Source of the DNA: an uncultured Acidobacteriota bacterium
Lineage (GTDB): Bacteria; Acidobacteriota; Thermoanaerobaculia; Multivoradales; UBA5704
Direction of reading: 5' to 3'
DNA: 64,000 bases
NCBI GenBank assembly: GCA_963700145.1
Contig: OY969474.1
Coordinates: 3,872,001 to 3,936,000 of the forward strand
Positions 53,231 through 62,922 of this stretch are shown here, piece after piece; positions within the stretch are counted from its first letter, which is position 1, and each line of letters starts with the position of its first letter. Made by a program: the position numbers and the translations under genes. Below the pieces are notes generated by a model. That model made no database searches and was not told the DNA's origin. It saw only the letters and a program-made list of their open reading frames with translations.

Positions 53231-53868
53231 GCCCGGGCCAGCCCCCAGGTCGTCCGCACCAGCGCGTAGAGCATCCAGCCGCCGATCAGCACCTTGAGCC
53301 ACGGCGGCCCATAGAAGACGAAGAGCGAGAGCCCGCCGAAGACCATGAGCAGCCCGCCGGCGACCGCGCCGATCAGGCTCAGCGAGGTCGGGTCGCGCCA
53401 CCACCCCGGTTGGCGCAGCATTTCCTTGAGCTGGCGGAAGCTGATCGCGACGTCGAAGCTGCGCCCCGCGCTCTGGCCGTAGAAGCTGTAGCGCCAGCGC
53501 CGGTAGGCCGCCGGCCCGGCCATCGTCTCGCGGTTCCTCCGCAGCATCTCCTCGACCTCTTCCGGCCCCATCGACACGCCGTGACGCCCGAGGTAGATCG
53601 CGGCCGCGACGAAGAGGAGGAGACCGCCGGCAGTGGCGCCGATGAGCGACCACTGCACGGCATCGTGATGCCGCGCCAGCAGCGCCTCGAAGCGGGCAAT
53701 CGGCCCCTTGAAGATCTCGGCGAGGACGATGGCGAGGAAGACGAGCGCGAAGCCCCCGAGCCAACCGCGGACGCCGCGCCAGACGCGGATGAGGAACGGT
53801 GGCTTCGGGGGTGGAGCCGCGGGCTCCGTCTCCACCTCGGAGCCCGGCTCGATCGGGTCCATGGTCAT
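53227..53868 (-). CDS. Hypothetical membrane protein
   Basis: Four hydrophobic segments. Confidence 0.7.
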   Translation of the reverse strand: MTMDPIEPGSEVETEPAAPPPKPPFLIRVWRGVRGWLGGFALVFLAIVLAEIFKGPIARFEALLARHHDAVQWSLIGATAGGLLLFVAAAIYLGRHGVSMGPEEVEEMLRRNRETMAGPAAYRRWRYSFYGQSAGRSFDVAISFRQLKEMLRQPGWWRDPTSLSLIGAVAGGLLMVFGGLSLFVFYGPPWLKVLIGGWMLYALVRTTWGLARA

Positions 53869-53930
53869 CGGGTCCCGGAAGTCTACAGGCCCGGGTCGCG
53901 TGCCGGCGCGCCTGCACCCCCGACTAAGCT

Positions 53931-54015
53931 GTCATTCCGAGCGCAGCCGAGGAATCTGGGCGGGGGAAGGTTCGGCGTGCCCCCGCCCAGATCCTTCGCT
54001 AACGCTCAGGATTAC
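53931..54015. repeat. Dispersed palindromic repeat (REP/MITE-like), full copy
   Basis: GTCATTCCGAGCG...CGCTCAGGATTAC ends with inner 13-bp stem ATCTGGGCGGGGG/CCCCCGCCCAGAT. Confidence 0.8.
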
Positions 54016-54018
54016 GAG

Positions 54019-56274
54019 TCATCTCTTCCTCTTCTTCCCCTCGTCCTCCCAGATCGCCTTCCACCACGGCGTGTCGTCGCCTTCCGCCGGCCCCTTGGCC
54101 TTCATGTTCATCTTGCCGCGGATCTTGGCGATGTCCCAGCCGGTCAGCGAGGCGAGGGTCTGGGCGTCGCGCTCGTGGCGCTCGCGCAGCTGGGCGTGGT
54201 ACGTGCGCGCCGCGGCGCAGGTGGCCTTCCCGGTCCAGGGGTGGCGCAGGATGTAGCGCCCCTGGAAGTTCTCGCGGTCGGCGGTCTCCTGGAAGACCAG
54301 GTCCTCGGGGAAGTGCTCGCCGTCGTAGCGCACGTGGAGGCGGGTCAGGAAGACGTCCTGCGGCGCCGGCCCCGGCGGCACGATCGACGGCCGTCCCGGC
54401 GGCGGGATGCGTCGGCCGCGGCCGCTGCCGTCGATCCAGAAGACCCCCAGCTCGCTCAGCTCGTCGGCGGTCAGCGGATCGGCCGCGCAGGGGTCGCACC
54501 AGGCCATGTCCCAGGCGTACTCGAGGAAGACGGCGCTCATGTCGTGGCGGCTCACCTGCCGGCTGAACATGCTCTTGTAGAAGTCGCCGAACTCGTCCTT
54601 GACGAAGAGCGGCACCTCGCGGTCGGAGGGGAGCTTCACCGTGCGGTAGTTCGTCGTCTCGACGCGCCCCTTGCGCGTCAGCGCGTAGACGAAGAGCTCC
54701 TGCGGCCCGGCGGCGTTGACCATGCCGAGGCGGATCGGCAGCATGAACTTGGGGCTCTCGTAGGCCACCTGCAGCGGCCGCAGGTAGGTGAAGCCGAGCT
54801 TCGACTGCTCGGCCAGGTTCACCTTGGCGACGAAGAACCGCATCCCCTGCTTCAGGTAGCTGCCGAGAACGCCGGTGGCGCCGGCCGGGATGCGGTAGCC
54901 CTCCTCGCGCAGCCAGGTCTCGAGCCCGGCGCTCTCCTTGGCCGAGAGGATCAGGATGTCGTACTCGCCGACCGTGTAGGAGGCCTCGATCTTCACTCCC
55001 AGGCTCTTGGCGCGGTCGGCCGCGGCCCCGCCCATGACGCCGCCGCCGACCGACATCGGCGCCGGGATCGCCCGCTCCAGGTAGACCTGGCAGGGGTCCT
55101 CGTCGAAGTACTCGACCAGCCGCGGCGACGAATAGGCGTCGAGGTGCTCGATGAGCGCGCGCTCGGCGACGTGGATCTGCCCGCGCTCGAGGAACGTCGG
55201 CACCGGCACCACGATCGCGAACTCCTTGGGGTCCCCCTTGAAGTCGTTGGCCATGGTGAGGACGGTGCGGTCGCCGTCGCGCACCAGCACCACCTGCGAG
55301 GCGCGGTTGAAGAGCTTGGTGTCGGCCTTGGCGACGTAGAAGCCGCAGAAGGCGTTCGCCGCCGGCGCCGCGGCGAGCGCGAGCGCGAGGGCGAGCAGGG
55401 CGGTGGGGACGGGCTTGGTGCGGGGCATGGCGAAACCTCCTCGGGTCGCGGGACCCGTTGCGAGCGTGCGCGGCGCGCTCCAGACGTAGCGCCGGCCGGG
55501 GAGCAGCCGGTCGAGGAGCGGCACCGCGGGGGAGAGGAAGAAAAGCGAGAGGAGAAGCCCGTTCGGGCGGTAGAGGACGAAGGTCACGTACCCCGCGCCG
55601 AGCGCCACGAGGAGCGCGAAGAGGATGCGGCCGGCGCGCGAGTCGGGCGTCGTCTTGGGGTCCGAGATCATGAAGAAGCAGAAGATCAGGAAGGCGCCGT
55701 TGGCGAGCTGGTGCAGCGGGATCGCCGCCGGCTGCCCGAGCCAGAGGGCGCGCCCGAAGAGCAGCGCCAGGTAGAAGCCGAGGAAGGCGTAGGTGACGTC
55801 CGAGCGCGCGGCGCGGTTGACCACCAGCCCGCCCAGGCAGGCCAGCGCGAAGCCGAAGACTGCCACGTTCCCCCACTGCCCCGGCGACACCCAGACCTGC
55901 CCGGTCGCGAGCATAGCCGCCACGATCCCGAAGTTCGTCGGGTTCCAGAGGTGCTTGCCGTCGAAGCGGAGCAGGAACTTCGAGGCCACCGTGGCGACGG
56001 CGGCAGCGACGGCGAGCAGCAGGAGGTTGGTGCGCAGCAGGAGACAGAGCGAGAGCCCCGAGATCAGCGCGCTCCGCGGCTCGAACGCCGGCAGGCGCCA
56101 GAGCCGGGTGCAGGCCCACTGCGTGAGGAGCACGGTCCCAAGGAGGACCGCCGCCCGCAGCGGCTCGATCTCGAGGTCGAGCCTGGCGATCCCGTAGACG
56201 AAGAGCGAGGCGAGGACGGCGATCTGGTAGTGCCGAGGGTCGCGGGCGAAGGCGCGGAGCGGGGCGGCGTTCAC
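54019..56274 (-). CDS. In-frame RnfD/NqrB-like membrane domain plus DUF2330 domain
   Basis: KHLWNPTNFG, FFMISDPKTTP, then signal peptide and AFCGFYV, LPIRLG, TRLH; internal RBS and ATG at 55428. Confidence 0.82.
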   Translation of the reverse strand: MNAAPLRAFARDPRHYQIAVLASLFVYGIARLDLEIEPLRAAVLLGTVLLTQWACTRLWRLPAFEPRSALISGLSLCLLLRTNLLLLAVAAAVATVASKFLLRFDGKHLWNPTNFGIVAAMLATGQVWVSPGQWGNVAVFGFALACLGGLVVNRAARSDVTYAFLGFYLALLFGRALWLGQPAAIPLHQLANGAFLIFCFFMISDPKTTPDSRAGRILFALLVALGAGYVTFVLYRPNGLLLSLFFLSPAVPLLDRLLPGRRYVWSAPRTLATGPATRGGFAMPRTKPVPTALLALALALAAAPAANAFCGFYVAKADTKLFNRASQVVLVRDGDRTVLTMANDFKGDPKEFAIVVPVPTFLERGQIHVAERALIEHLDAYSSPRLVEYFDEDPCQVYLERAIPAPMSVGGGVMGGAAADRAKSLGVKIEASYTVGEYDILILSAKESAGLETWLREEGYRIPAGATGVLGSYLKQGMRFFVAKVNLAEQSKLGFTYLRPLQVAYESPKFMLPIRLGMVNAAGPQELFVYALTRKGRVETTNYRTVKLPSDREVPLFVKDEFGDFYKSMFSRQVSRHDMSAVFLEYAWDMAWCDPCAADPLTADELSELGVFWIDGSGRGRRIPPPGRPSIVPPGPAPQDVFLTRLHVRYDGEHFPEDLVFQETADRENFQGRYILRHPWTGKATCAAARTYHAQLRERHERDAQTLASLTGWDIAKIRGKMNMKAKGPAEGDDTPWWKAIWEDEGKKRKR

Positions 56275-56391
56275 GGGCGGTCTCCTGTCGGCGGATTAGA
56301 CACCTCACCGGGGGCAAAGAAAACCGCGCTTCCCGGGCGGGCCTCCCTCCAGGCTCCGCTAGGAGTAGTCTTGAGTCTCTGAGGCTCAACT

Positions 56392-56868
56392 ATGGCACCT
56401 CTCATCGTCCTGATCGTTATGACGCTTCTAGCGCGGCTCGCCGGGCAGCTCGGGGTGGGCGCGCTGCGGGATTGGGCGGCGGCGACGCGGGTGGGGCTGG
56501 CGGTGATGTTCTGCTTCACCGCCGCCGCGCACTTCAACGCCATGCGGCCGGACATGGTGCGGATGGTCCCGCCGTCGGTGCCGGCGCCGGAGCTCATGGT
56601 GACGTTCACGGGGGTGTGCGAGATCCTCGGCGCCATCGGGCTGCTCGTGCCGCGCACGCGGCGCCTCGCGGCGGTGGCGCTGATCGTCTTCCTCGTCGCG
56701 GTGCTGCCGGCGAACATCCACGCCGCCATGACCGGTGGGACGATCGGCGGCGAGCCGGTGACCCCGCTGGTGCCGCGGATCGCGCTGCAAGCGCTGTTCA
56801 TCGCGCTGATCTGGTGGTCGGGCATCTATGCGGAACATAAGCGCCTCGGACCCGATCGTGCGGCCTGA
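56392..56868 (+). CDS. DoxX-like membrane protein
   Basis: AHF..MVPP..TGVCEILGAIGLL..PANI. Confidence 0.85.
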   Translation: MAPLIVLIVMTLLARLAGQLGVGALRDWAAATRVGLAVMFCFTAAAHFNAMRPDMVRMVPPSVPAPELMVTFTGVCEILGAIGLLVPRTRRLAAVALIVFLVAVLPANIHAAMTGGTIGGEPVTPLVPRIALQALFIALIWWSGIYAEHKRLGPDRAA

Positions 56869-56873
56869 CTGGC

Positions 56874-57087
56874 TGGTTGCCGGTGCGGCGGGCATCTACA
56901 GCATGAAGATCGACGAGTCGGGCAACGTGACCGACGTGCGCGTCGAGCGCCGCGGCCATCCGGAGGTGGACGAAGGCCATCATGGCCGCCGGCCGCCCTC
57001 GAGCAGTGGCGCTACAAGCCGGCGACGCGCGACGGCAAGCCCATCGCCGTGTGCTACACGCAGTCGTTTCGGATCCACTATCGCTAG
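56874..57087 (+). pseudogene. TonB C-terminal domain fragment, frameshifted
   Basis: IDESGNVTDVRV, then ALEQWRYKPATRDGKPI in another frame; GGCCGCC tandem duplication at the break. Confidence 0.6.
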
Positions 57088-57088
57088 C

Positions 57089-57826
57089 ATGCGACCGGCC
57101 GTGATCGACAGGTTCTTCCCCGAAGGCCGCGAGCAGTGGGAGACGTCGCCGGAGTATCGGCAGCGGCGGCAGGAGGCGATTGCCGCCGTCCGCGCCCGCT
57201 ACGCGCCGCTCCTCGCCGGCGCCGGCCCCGTCCGCCGTCTCTGGCTGTGGTGGCAGCGCCGGCGCGCCGTCGAGCGCGAGCTGGAGACGCTGTCGCCGAC
57301 GGACGCTTGCTTCCTGATGGCGCCTTCCTCCGCGGACCCGAGCCCGATCTCGACCGCCGTCGACTTCCACGGCTGGCGCTTCCTCGTGAACCGGGAGGCG
57401 ACGGCCGCCGCCTATGCGGCGAGCAGCTCGCGCGGCGCGGAGGACTGCTCCTGCGCTCACTGCCGGAACCTCATCCGGCAGCGGGAGCGCGAGCTTCCCT
57501 CGGAGCTGCTCGACTTCCTCCGGCGGGTGGGCGTCGATCCCAAGAAGGAGGCGGAGGTCTGGGAGGGCGGCGGTCTCGAAGACGGCCTGTCGTTCAACTC
57601 AGGCTGGTGGCACTTCATCGGCGAGGTCGTCGCGACCGGCGAGGAAGTCATTCCCCTGGAGCCCAACGCGGGGGCCCTGGGCAAGGACTGGACGGTCTTC
57701 TTCCTTCCGGGCGAGACTTCGCTGAAGCTGTCCACCCTCCCCAGTGCGCCTCTCGTGCAGGTCGAGTTCACCGCCAGCCTTCCGTGGGTCCTCGAGGAGC
57801 CCTATCCCGAACCCGCCCCCACATAG
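57089..57826 (+). CDS. Hypothetical protein (possibly two genes read in frame, second start 57317)
   Basis: Second half has CSCAHCRN, GVDPKKEAE, GWWHFIG, LPWVL. Confidence 0.55.
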   Translation: MRPAVIDRFFPEGREQWETSPEYRQRRQEAIAAVRARYAPLLAGAGPVRRLWLWWQRRRAVERELETLSPTDACFLMAPSSADPSPISTAVDFHGWRFLVNREATAAAYAASSSRGAEDCSCAHCRNLIRQRERELPSELLDFLRRVGVDPKKEAEVWEGGGLEDGLSFNSGWWHFIGEVVATGEEVIPLEPNAGALGKDWTVFFLPGETSLKLSTLPSAPLVQVEFTASLPWVLEEPYPEPAPT

Positions 57827-57845
57827 AGGCTGCAGGAGCCGAAAA

Positions 57846-59126
57846 ATGGGAGCAACCAAGAGAGCAAAAGAAAACCACTTGCGGGTGTTCTGGTGGTTCG
57901 CCGTCGGCGCCATGTTCATCCAGCTCGCCGTCGGCGCCCTCGTCGTCTACTTCTTCGAAAAGTGGGACGAGAGGAGCTACTTCGGCGAGATGTTCGGTGT
58001 CGCGAGCTGCCTCTTCTCGGGCTTGGCGCTCGCCGGGATCATTCTCAGCCTGAGGTTCCAGTCCGAAGAGCTTTCCACCACGCGGGAGGAGTTGAGCCGC
58101 CAGTTCCGCCTCTCCCTGCTGAAGAACGTGCTGTCCGAGATCGACCGGCACGACGTGCACCTCGCGCGGAACTACGTGTACCGCAATGCGGCCAAGTACG
58201 CGGCCGTCACCGACGACCCGGTCACTCTCCAACAGCTCGATGAAGAGTCTTACGTCAAGGCTGGCATCGTGAGCAACTCGTTCGATCGGGTGGGAGTCCT
58301 GGTGGTCGACGACGAGGAGTCCAAGGAACTGGTGCTCAAGAGCTTCGGCCCGAGCATCGCGAGGTCGTGGGTTGCTCTCGAGCCCCTGATCAAGGTGCTG
58401 CGCAAGGGGCGATATGGCGCGGAGTACGAGACCTTCTTCCAGAAGCTGGCCGAGGAGGCCATCGAGCGCGCCGATCGGGCAAAGGTGGACGCAATGCTGC
58501 GTGCGTGGGCGGTGGATTCTGGTGGCGATCCCGTCGCGCGGCACGAGCGGGAGGTGGGGCAGCTCGCGCCCCTGCCGCTCGCTGAGCGTGCCACCTACTG
58601 GGAAAGGTTCTACGGCTCCGCCGAGAGCGACTTCCTTTTTGCCGATCGTGAAGTAGGGCGGTTCGGCGTGATCGCCGAGCTCATCGGGCGCCGGCCGGGC
58701 GCCGTGCGCGTTCTCGACGTCGGCTGCGGCGCCGGGGGCCTCTCCGCGCTGCTGCGGCCGGACGACGATTACCTGGGCATCGACATCAGCAGCGCCGCGA
58801 TCGGGCGCGCCGCGGCCGCGCACCCGGGGAGATCCTTCCAAGCAACATCGCTGGAGGAGGTCTCGCTCAAGGCAGGCTCGTTCGACTTCGTCGTGCTCTC
58901 CGAGGTGCTGTTCTACACCGACGCAGTGAGCGCCTTGAAGCGGGCGGCCGCCCTCCTCAAGCCGGATACGGGCCGGCTCGTCGTGTCGATATACTCCTCG
59001 CCCTCGGGAGACGAGATCCATCGGCTGCTTCGGGAACAGGTGGATGTCCTGCAAGAGATTCGGATCACGTCCACGGTCCCCGGGCTCGTGTGGACCGTCA
59101 TCCTCGCGAGGCCGGTGATCGTCTAG
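57846..59126 (+). CDS. Two-TM helical domain fused to class I SAM methyltransferase
   Basis: Two N-terminal TM segments; VLDVGCGAG, GIDIS, FDFVVLSEVLFY. Confidence 0.75.
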   Translation: MGATKRAKENHLRVFWWFAVGAMFIQLAVGALVVYFFEKWDERSYFGEMFGVASCLFSGLALAGIILSLRFQSEELSTTREELSRQFRLSLLKNVLSEIDRHDVHLARNYVYRNAAKYAAVTDDPVTLQQLDEESYVKAGIVSNSFDRVGVLVVDDEESKELVLKSFGPSIARSWVALEPLIKVLRKGRYGAEYETFFQKLAEEAIERADRAKVDAMLRAWAVDSGGDPVARHEREVGQLAPLPLAERATYWERFYGSAESDFLFADREVGRFGVIAELIGRRPGAVRVLDVGCGAGGLSALLRPDDDYLGIDISSAAIGRAAAAHPGRSFQATSLEEVSLKAGSFDFVVLSEVLFYTDAVSALKRAAALLKPDTGRLVVSIYSSPSGDEIHRLLREQVDVLQEIRITSTVPGLVWTVILARPVIV

Positions 59127-59129
59127 CCC

Positions 59130-59681
59130 ATGTCCTCCTACCTCAGCAACCGCGCCGGCGACCCTCCCGACCAGATCAAGCTCTACACCGCGGCCCTTCT
59201 CGAGACGCTGGGCGACCGCAACCCGCTGGAGGTCATGGGCGCGATGCCGGCGGCGCTGGGGGAGGCGATCGCCGGGGTCTCGCCCGAGCAGCTCGCGACG
59301 CCGGAGACGCCGGGGAAGTGGTCGATGCGGCAGGTGGTGCAGCACCTCTCCGACTCGGAGCTCGTCGGCGGCTTCCGCTTCCGCATGGTCCTGGCGCACG
59401 ACCGGCCGGCGCTCGCGGGCTACGACCAGGACCTGTGGGTCGAGCGGCTGCACCGGGACGACGTGGACCTCGAAGCGGCGCTCGCCGAGTTCACGGCCGT
59501 GCGCCGCGCCAACCTGCGGCTGCTCGAGCGGACGACACCTGAGGACCGCGAGCGCGTCGGCCTCCATTCCGAGCGCGGCGAGGAGAGCCTCGGCCTCTTG
59601 ATGCGCCTCTACGCCGCGCACGACCTGATCCACCTCCGCCAGCTCGCCCGCATCCGCCAGGCCGTCGCCCCGGCCGCCTGA
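59130..59681 (+). CDS. DinB family protein
   Basis: GKWSMRQVVQHL, YDQD, HDLIHLRQL. Confidence 0.9.
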   Translation: MSSYLSNRAGDPPDQIKLYTAALLETLGDRNPLEVMGAMPAALGEAIAGVSPEQLATPETPGKWSMRQVVQHLSDSELVGGFRFRMVLAHDRPALAGYDQDLWVERLHRDDVDLEAALAEFTAVRRANLRLLERTTPEDRERVGLHSERGEESLGLLMRLYAAHDLIHLRQLARIRQAVAPAA

Positions 59682-59712
59682 CGCGGGCCTCGAGGCCCTA
59701 GTCAACCGCCGG

Positions 59713-60510
59713 TCAGTTCGCCGCCGCCATCGCCGCCGGCGCCCGGTAGGAGAGGTCGGGGCGGCGGATGCCGACGCGGCGCTCGAAGCGGCGCACGAGC
59801 TGGAGGGTGCGCAGGTTGAGGGCCTCGCCCTCGGCGCCGAGCTTGGCGGCGGCCGCCTCCTGCTTGGCCGCCAGGTCGGCCGGGCTGGCGCCGTAGAAGG
59901 CGACCGCCCAGACCGGTAGGTCGTGGCCGGTGAGCGCCTGGTAGACCATGTAGCCCTCGGTCATCCCCTTCTGCTTGTAGAGCGCCTGCCACTCGCGGGC
60001 GATGGCCTCGGCGTCCATCTCGCGGCCGGGCAGCACGTAGTAGATGTCGTAGCTCACCGCCTTCGACTCGCTTGCCGCCTTGGCATAGTCCGCCGGCCAG
60101 TAGGAGAGGTCGGGGCGCGAGGTGACGACGGAGTCGTTCGAGGCGTGCACCGGCTCGCCGGCGCGGCGCATCATCTCGGCGAACTTGGCCTCTCCGAGCT
60201 TGCCGGCGACCTCGGCGAAGCCCTGCGGCACGGCGCCGATGTCGGCCCACCCCTTGATCGGCGCGACGAAGAAGAAGGAGAAGTCGTCGGTCATCACCAC
60301 GTCGAAGCTGGGGAAGCTCGCGGAGTTGCTGGCCTTGAGGGCGGCGATGAACTCCTTGGTCGTGCTCTCGTAGTCGGCGAGGCGCGACGGGTTGGCGAGC
60401 TCCTCGTGGAGCAGGAAGAGCTGCTGTTGCGACATGTCCTGGGCCGGCAGGGCGAGGCTGCCGGCGAAGAGGGCGGCGGCGAACAGGGCGGTGCACTTGA
60501 GCGTGCGCAT
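59713..60510 (-). CDS. Secreted hypothetical protein with two-fold repeat
   Basis: RBS AAGGAGG; signal peptide; RPDLSY occurs twice. Confidence 0.75.
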   Translation of the reverse strand: MRTLKCTALFAAALFAGSLALPAQDMSQQQLFLLHEELANPSRLADYESTTKEFIAALKASNSASFPSFDVVMTDDFSFFFVAPIKGWADIGAVPQGFAEVAGKLGEAKFAEMMRRAGEPVHASNDSVVTSRPDLSYWPADYAKAASESKAVSYDIYYVLPGREMDAEAIAREWQALYKQKGMTEGYMVYQALTGHDLPVWAVAFYGASPADLAAKQEAAAAKLGAEGEALNLRTLQLVRRFERRVGIRRPDLSYRAPAAMAAAN

Positions 60511-60589
60511 CTCATCCTCCTTGGCAAGTTATGGGTCAGGAATTTCACCCCCTCTACGCGGCGAAGGGGCTGTTTGGATGGGCGCGCCG

Positions 60590-62920
60590 CTACTCGACGC
60601 GGAATGTCACGCCGTCGCTCCGCCCCAGGTCGTCGGTGACGACCAGGCGGTGCGTGCCGGTCTCCGACGCCAGGTAGAGGCGCTCGCCGGGGGCGGCGGC
60701 GCCGACCAGGAGGCCGTCGCGGTACCAGTAGAGCTGGCCGACGCCGGGGCCGGCGCGGGCGAGGAGGGGGATGCGCTGGTCCTCGGCCGGCACGCCGCGG
60801 CGCAGGCGGTAGGGGGTCGCCGGGTCGGGGGAGACGATCGCCGGCGGCTCGCCGACCGGGACGCCGCCGCAGCCGGGGCGCGGGCGCGGCGGCTCGGGGA
60901 CCGGGCGCCCCTGCGCCCGCCACCAGGCGGCCAGCTCGGGCGGGTAGAGGGTGAGGAGCGCGGCGCGGCTCGGGCGGCTCGCCAGGCAGTCGCCGGCCAG
61001 GAGCTTGCCGCTCTCGGCGTCCACCAGCGCCTCGCGGTGGTAGGTGCAGGCGCGCAGGCGCGAGCGGCCGGGGAGGTAGGGCGCGGTCAGCCGCTCGCGG
61101 CAGGCCGGGCCGGGCAGCTCGCGCGAGAGGGCGCAGAGCTCGATCGGTTCGAGCCGGGCGCGCAGCGGCTGCGGCGCGCGCCCGCCGGGATCGACGGCGC
61201 GGAAGAGGTCGAAGAGGAGCGGCCCGGCGTGCTCGCTCCCGGAGATCCCCTGCCGCGGCCGGCCGTCGAAGTTCCCCACCCAGACGCCGATCGCGTAGCG
61301 GCCGGAGAGGCCGATCGCCCAGGCGTCGCGGTGGCCGTAGGAGGTGCCGGTCTTCCAGGCCACCGCCGGCGCGTCGCGTGCCAGCGCCCAGGAGTCGGGC
61401 AGGTCGGGGCGGCGGAGGTCGGTCAGGATCTCGACGATCACCTGCGCCGCCTCGGGCGAGAAGAGCGGCTCGGGCCGCGGCTCCTCCGGGCGGGCCGCGG
61501 TCTCGAGGAGGCGCGGCGCGCGGTGAAGGCCGCCCTCGGCGAGGGTGGCGTAGAGGTTGGTCAGGTCGAGGAGCGTCACCTCGCCGGCGCCCAAGACGAG
61601 CGGCAGGCCGTAGGCGAGCGGCTCGCGGTCGAGGGTGGCGAGGCCGCCGCGCTGGAGGAGCTTCTGGAAGCGCGGGAGCCCGACCTCGGCGAGGAGGCGC
61701 ACCGCCGAGGCGTTGAGCGACTGGATGAGCGCCTCGCGCACCGTCACCCGGCCGCGGTAGCGCTCGTCGTAGTTCTCGGCGACGTACCCCGAGAAGTCTG
61801 TCGGCACGTCGAGGAGATAGGAGTCGGGCAGCACCCGCCCCTCGTCGAGCGCCATGGCGTAGAGGAACGGCTTGAGCGCCGAGCCCGGCGAGCGCGGGGC
61901 GACGGCGCCGTTGACCTGCCCCTGGAAGGCGGTGTCGAAGAAGCCGCCGGAGCCGACCAGGGCGCGCACCGCGCGCGGGCCGTTCTCGACGATGACGACG
62001 GCGGCGTTGCCGATCCCCTGGGCGCGGAGGTCGGCGAGGCGGCGGCGCACCTGCTCCTCGGCGGTGCGCTGGAGGCCGGCGTCGAGGGTGGTGGCGAGGC
62101 GCGGCGTCGCGGGGTAGCGCGCCACGGCCAGCTCGGCGAAGTGCGGCGCGGCGAACGGCGGCGCGCGGCGCGCCTCCGGGAGCGGCTGGCGGCGGGCGTC
62201 GGCGACCGCGGCCGCGGGGAAGGCGCGGAGCTCGGCGAGCCGGCGCAGGACGCCGTCGCGGGCCGCGCGCGCCGCCGCCGGCGCCGTCGCCGGGTCGAAG
62301 CGGTTGGGGGAGCGCGGCAGCGCCACCAGCAGCGCGATCTCGCCGAGCGAGAGCTGGTCCGGCGGCTTGCCGAAGTGGAACCAGGCCGCCGCGCCGACCC
62401 CCTCGACGTTGCCGCCATAGGGCGCGAGGTTGAGGTAGTGCTCGAGGACCTCGCGCTTCGTGAAGCGGCGCTCGAGCTGGAGGGCGCGGAAGCTCTCGCG
62501 CAGCTTCGAGGCGAGGGTGCGCGGCCCCGGCTCCGCCATCCGCGCCACCTGCATCGGCAGCGTCGAGGCGCCGGAGACGACGCGGCCGGCGCGCAGGTTG
62601 GTCCAGGCGGCGCGCACGGCGGCGAGTGGGTTGACCCCCGGATGGCGCCAGAACCAGCGGTCCTCCGCCGCGACGAGAGCGCGCGGCAGCTCGGGGGGTA
62701 ATTCGTCGAGGCGCACCGGCAGCCGCCAGCGCTCGTCGGCCGGCAGGAAGAACCGCAACGGCGCTCCCTCCCGGTCCGCCACCACGACCGCCGGCGGGCG
62801 CTCGAGGGCGTGCCAGGGGAAGGGGAAGAGGAGGTCGAGCGCGCGGAAGTACAGATAGGGGAGGAACGGCATGGCGGCCAGGAGCCACCACCTCCGGCGC
62901 GCTGTCACCCCGAGCCTCAT
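60590..62920 (-). CDS. pbpC: Penicillin-binding protein 1C
   Basis: EDRWF, GASTLPMQ, SALK (SxxK), SLN, KTG; BiPBP-type C-terminus; adjacent to alpha-2-macroglobulin. Confidence 0.93.
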   Translation of the reverse strand: MRLGVTARRRWWLLAAMPFLPYLYFRALDLLFPFPWHALERPPAVVVADREGAPLRFFLPADERWRLPVRLDELPPELPRALVAAEDRWFWRHPGVNPLAAVRAAWTNLRAGRVVSGASTLPMQVARMAEPGPRTLASKLRESFRALQLERRFTKREVLEHYLNLAPYGGNVEGVGAAAWFHFGKPPDQLSLGEIALLVALPRSPNRFDPATAPAAARAARDGVLRRLAELRAFPAAAVADARRQPLPEARRAPPFAAPHFAELAVARYPATPRLATTLDAGLQRTAEEQVRRRLADLRAQGIGNAAVVIVENGPRAVRALVGSGGFFDTAFQGQVNGAVAPRSPGSALKPFLYAMALDEGRVLPDSYLLDVPTDFSGYVAENYDERYRGRVTVREALIQSLNASAVRLLAEVGLPRFQKLLQRGGLATLDREPLAYGLPLVLGAGEVTLLDLTNLYATLAEGGLHRAPRLLETAARPEEPRPEPLFSPEAAQVIVEILTDLRRPDLPDSWALARDAPAVAWKTGTSYGHRDAWAIGLSGRYAIGVWVGNFDGRPRQGISGSEHAGPLLFDLFRAVDPGGRAPQPLRARLEPIELCALSRELPGPACRERLTAPYLPGRSRLRACTYHREALVDAESGKLLAGDCLASRPSRAALLTLYPPELAAWWRAQGRPVPEPPRPRPGCGGVPVGEPPAIVSPDPATPYRLRRGVPAEDQRIPLLARAGPGVGQLYWYRDGLLVGAAAPGERLYLASETGTHRLVVTDDLGRSDGVTFRVE

Positions 62921-62922
62921 CG

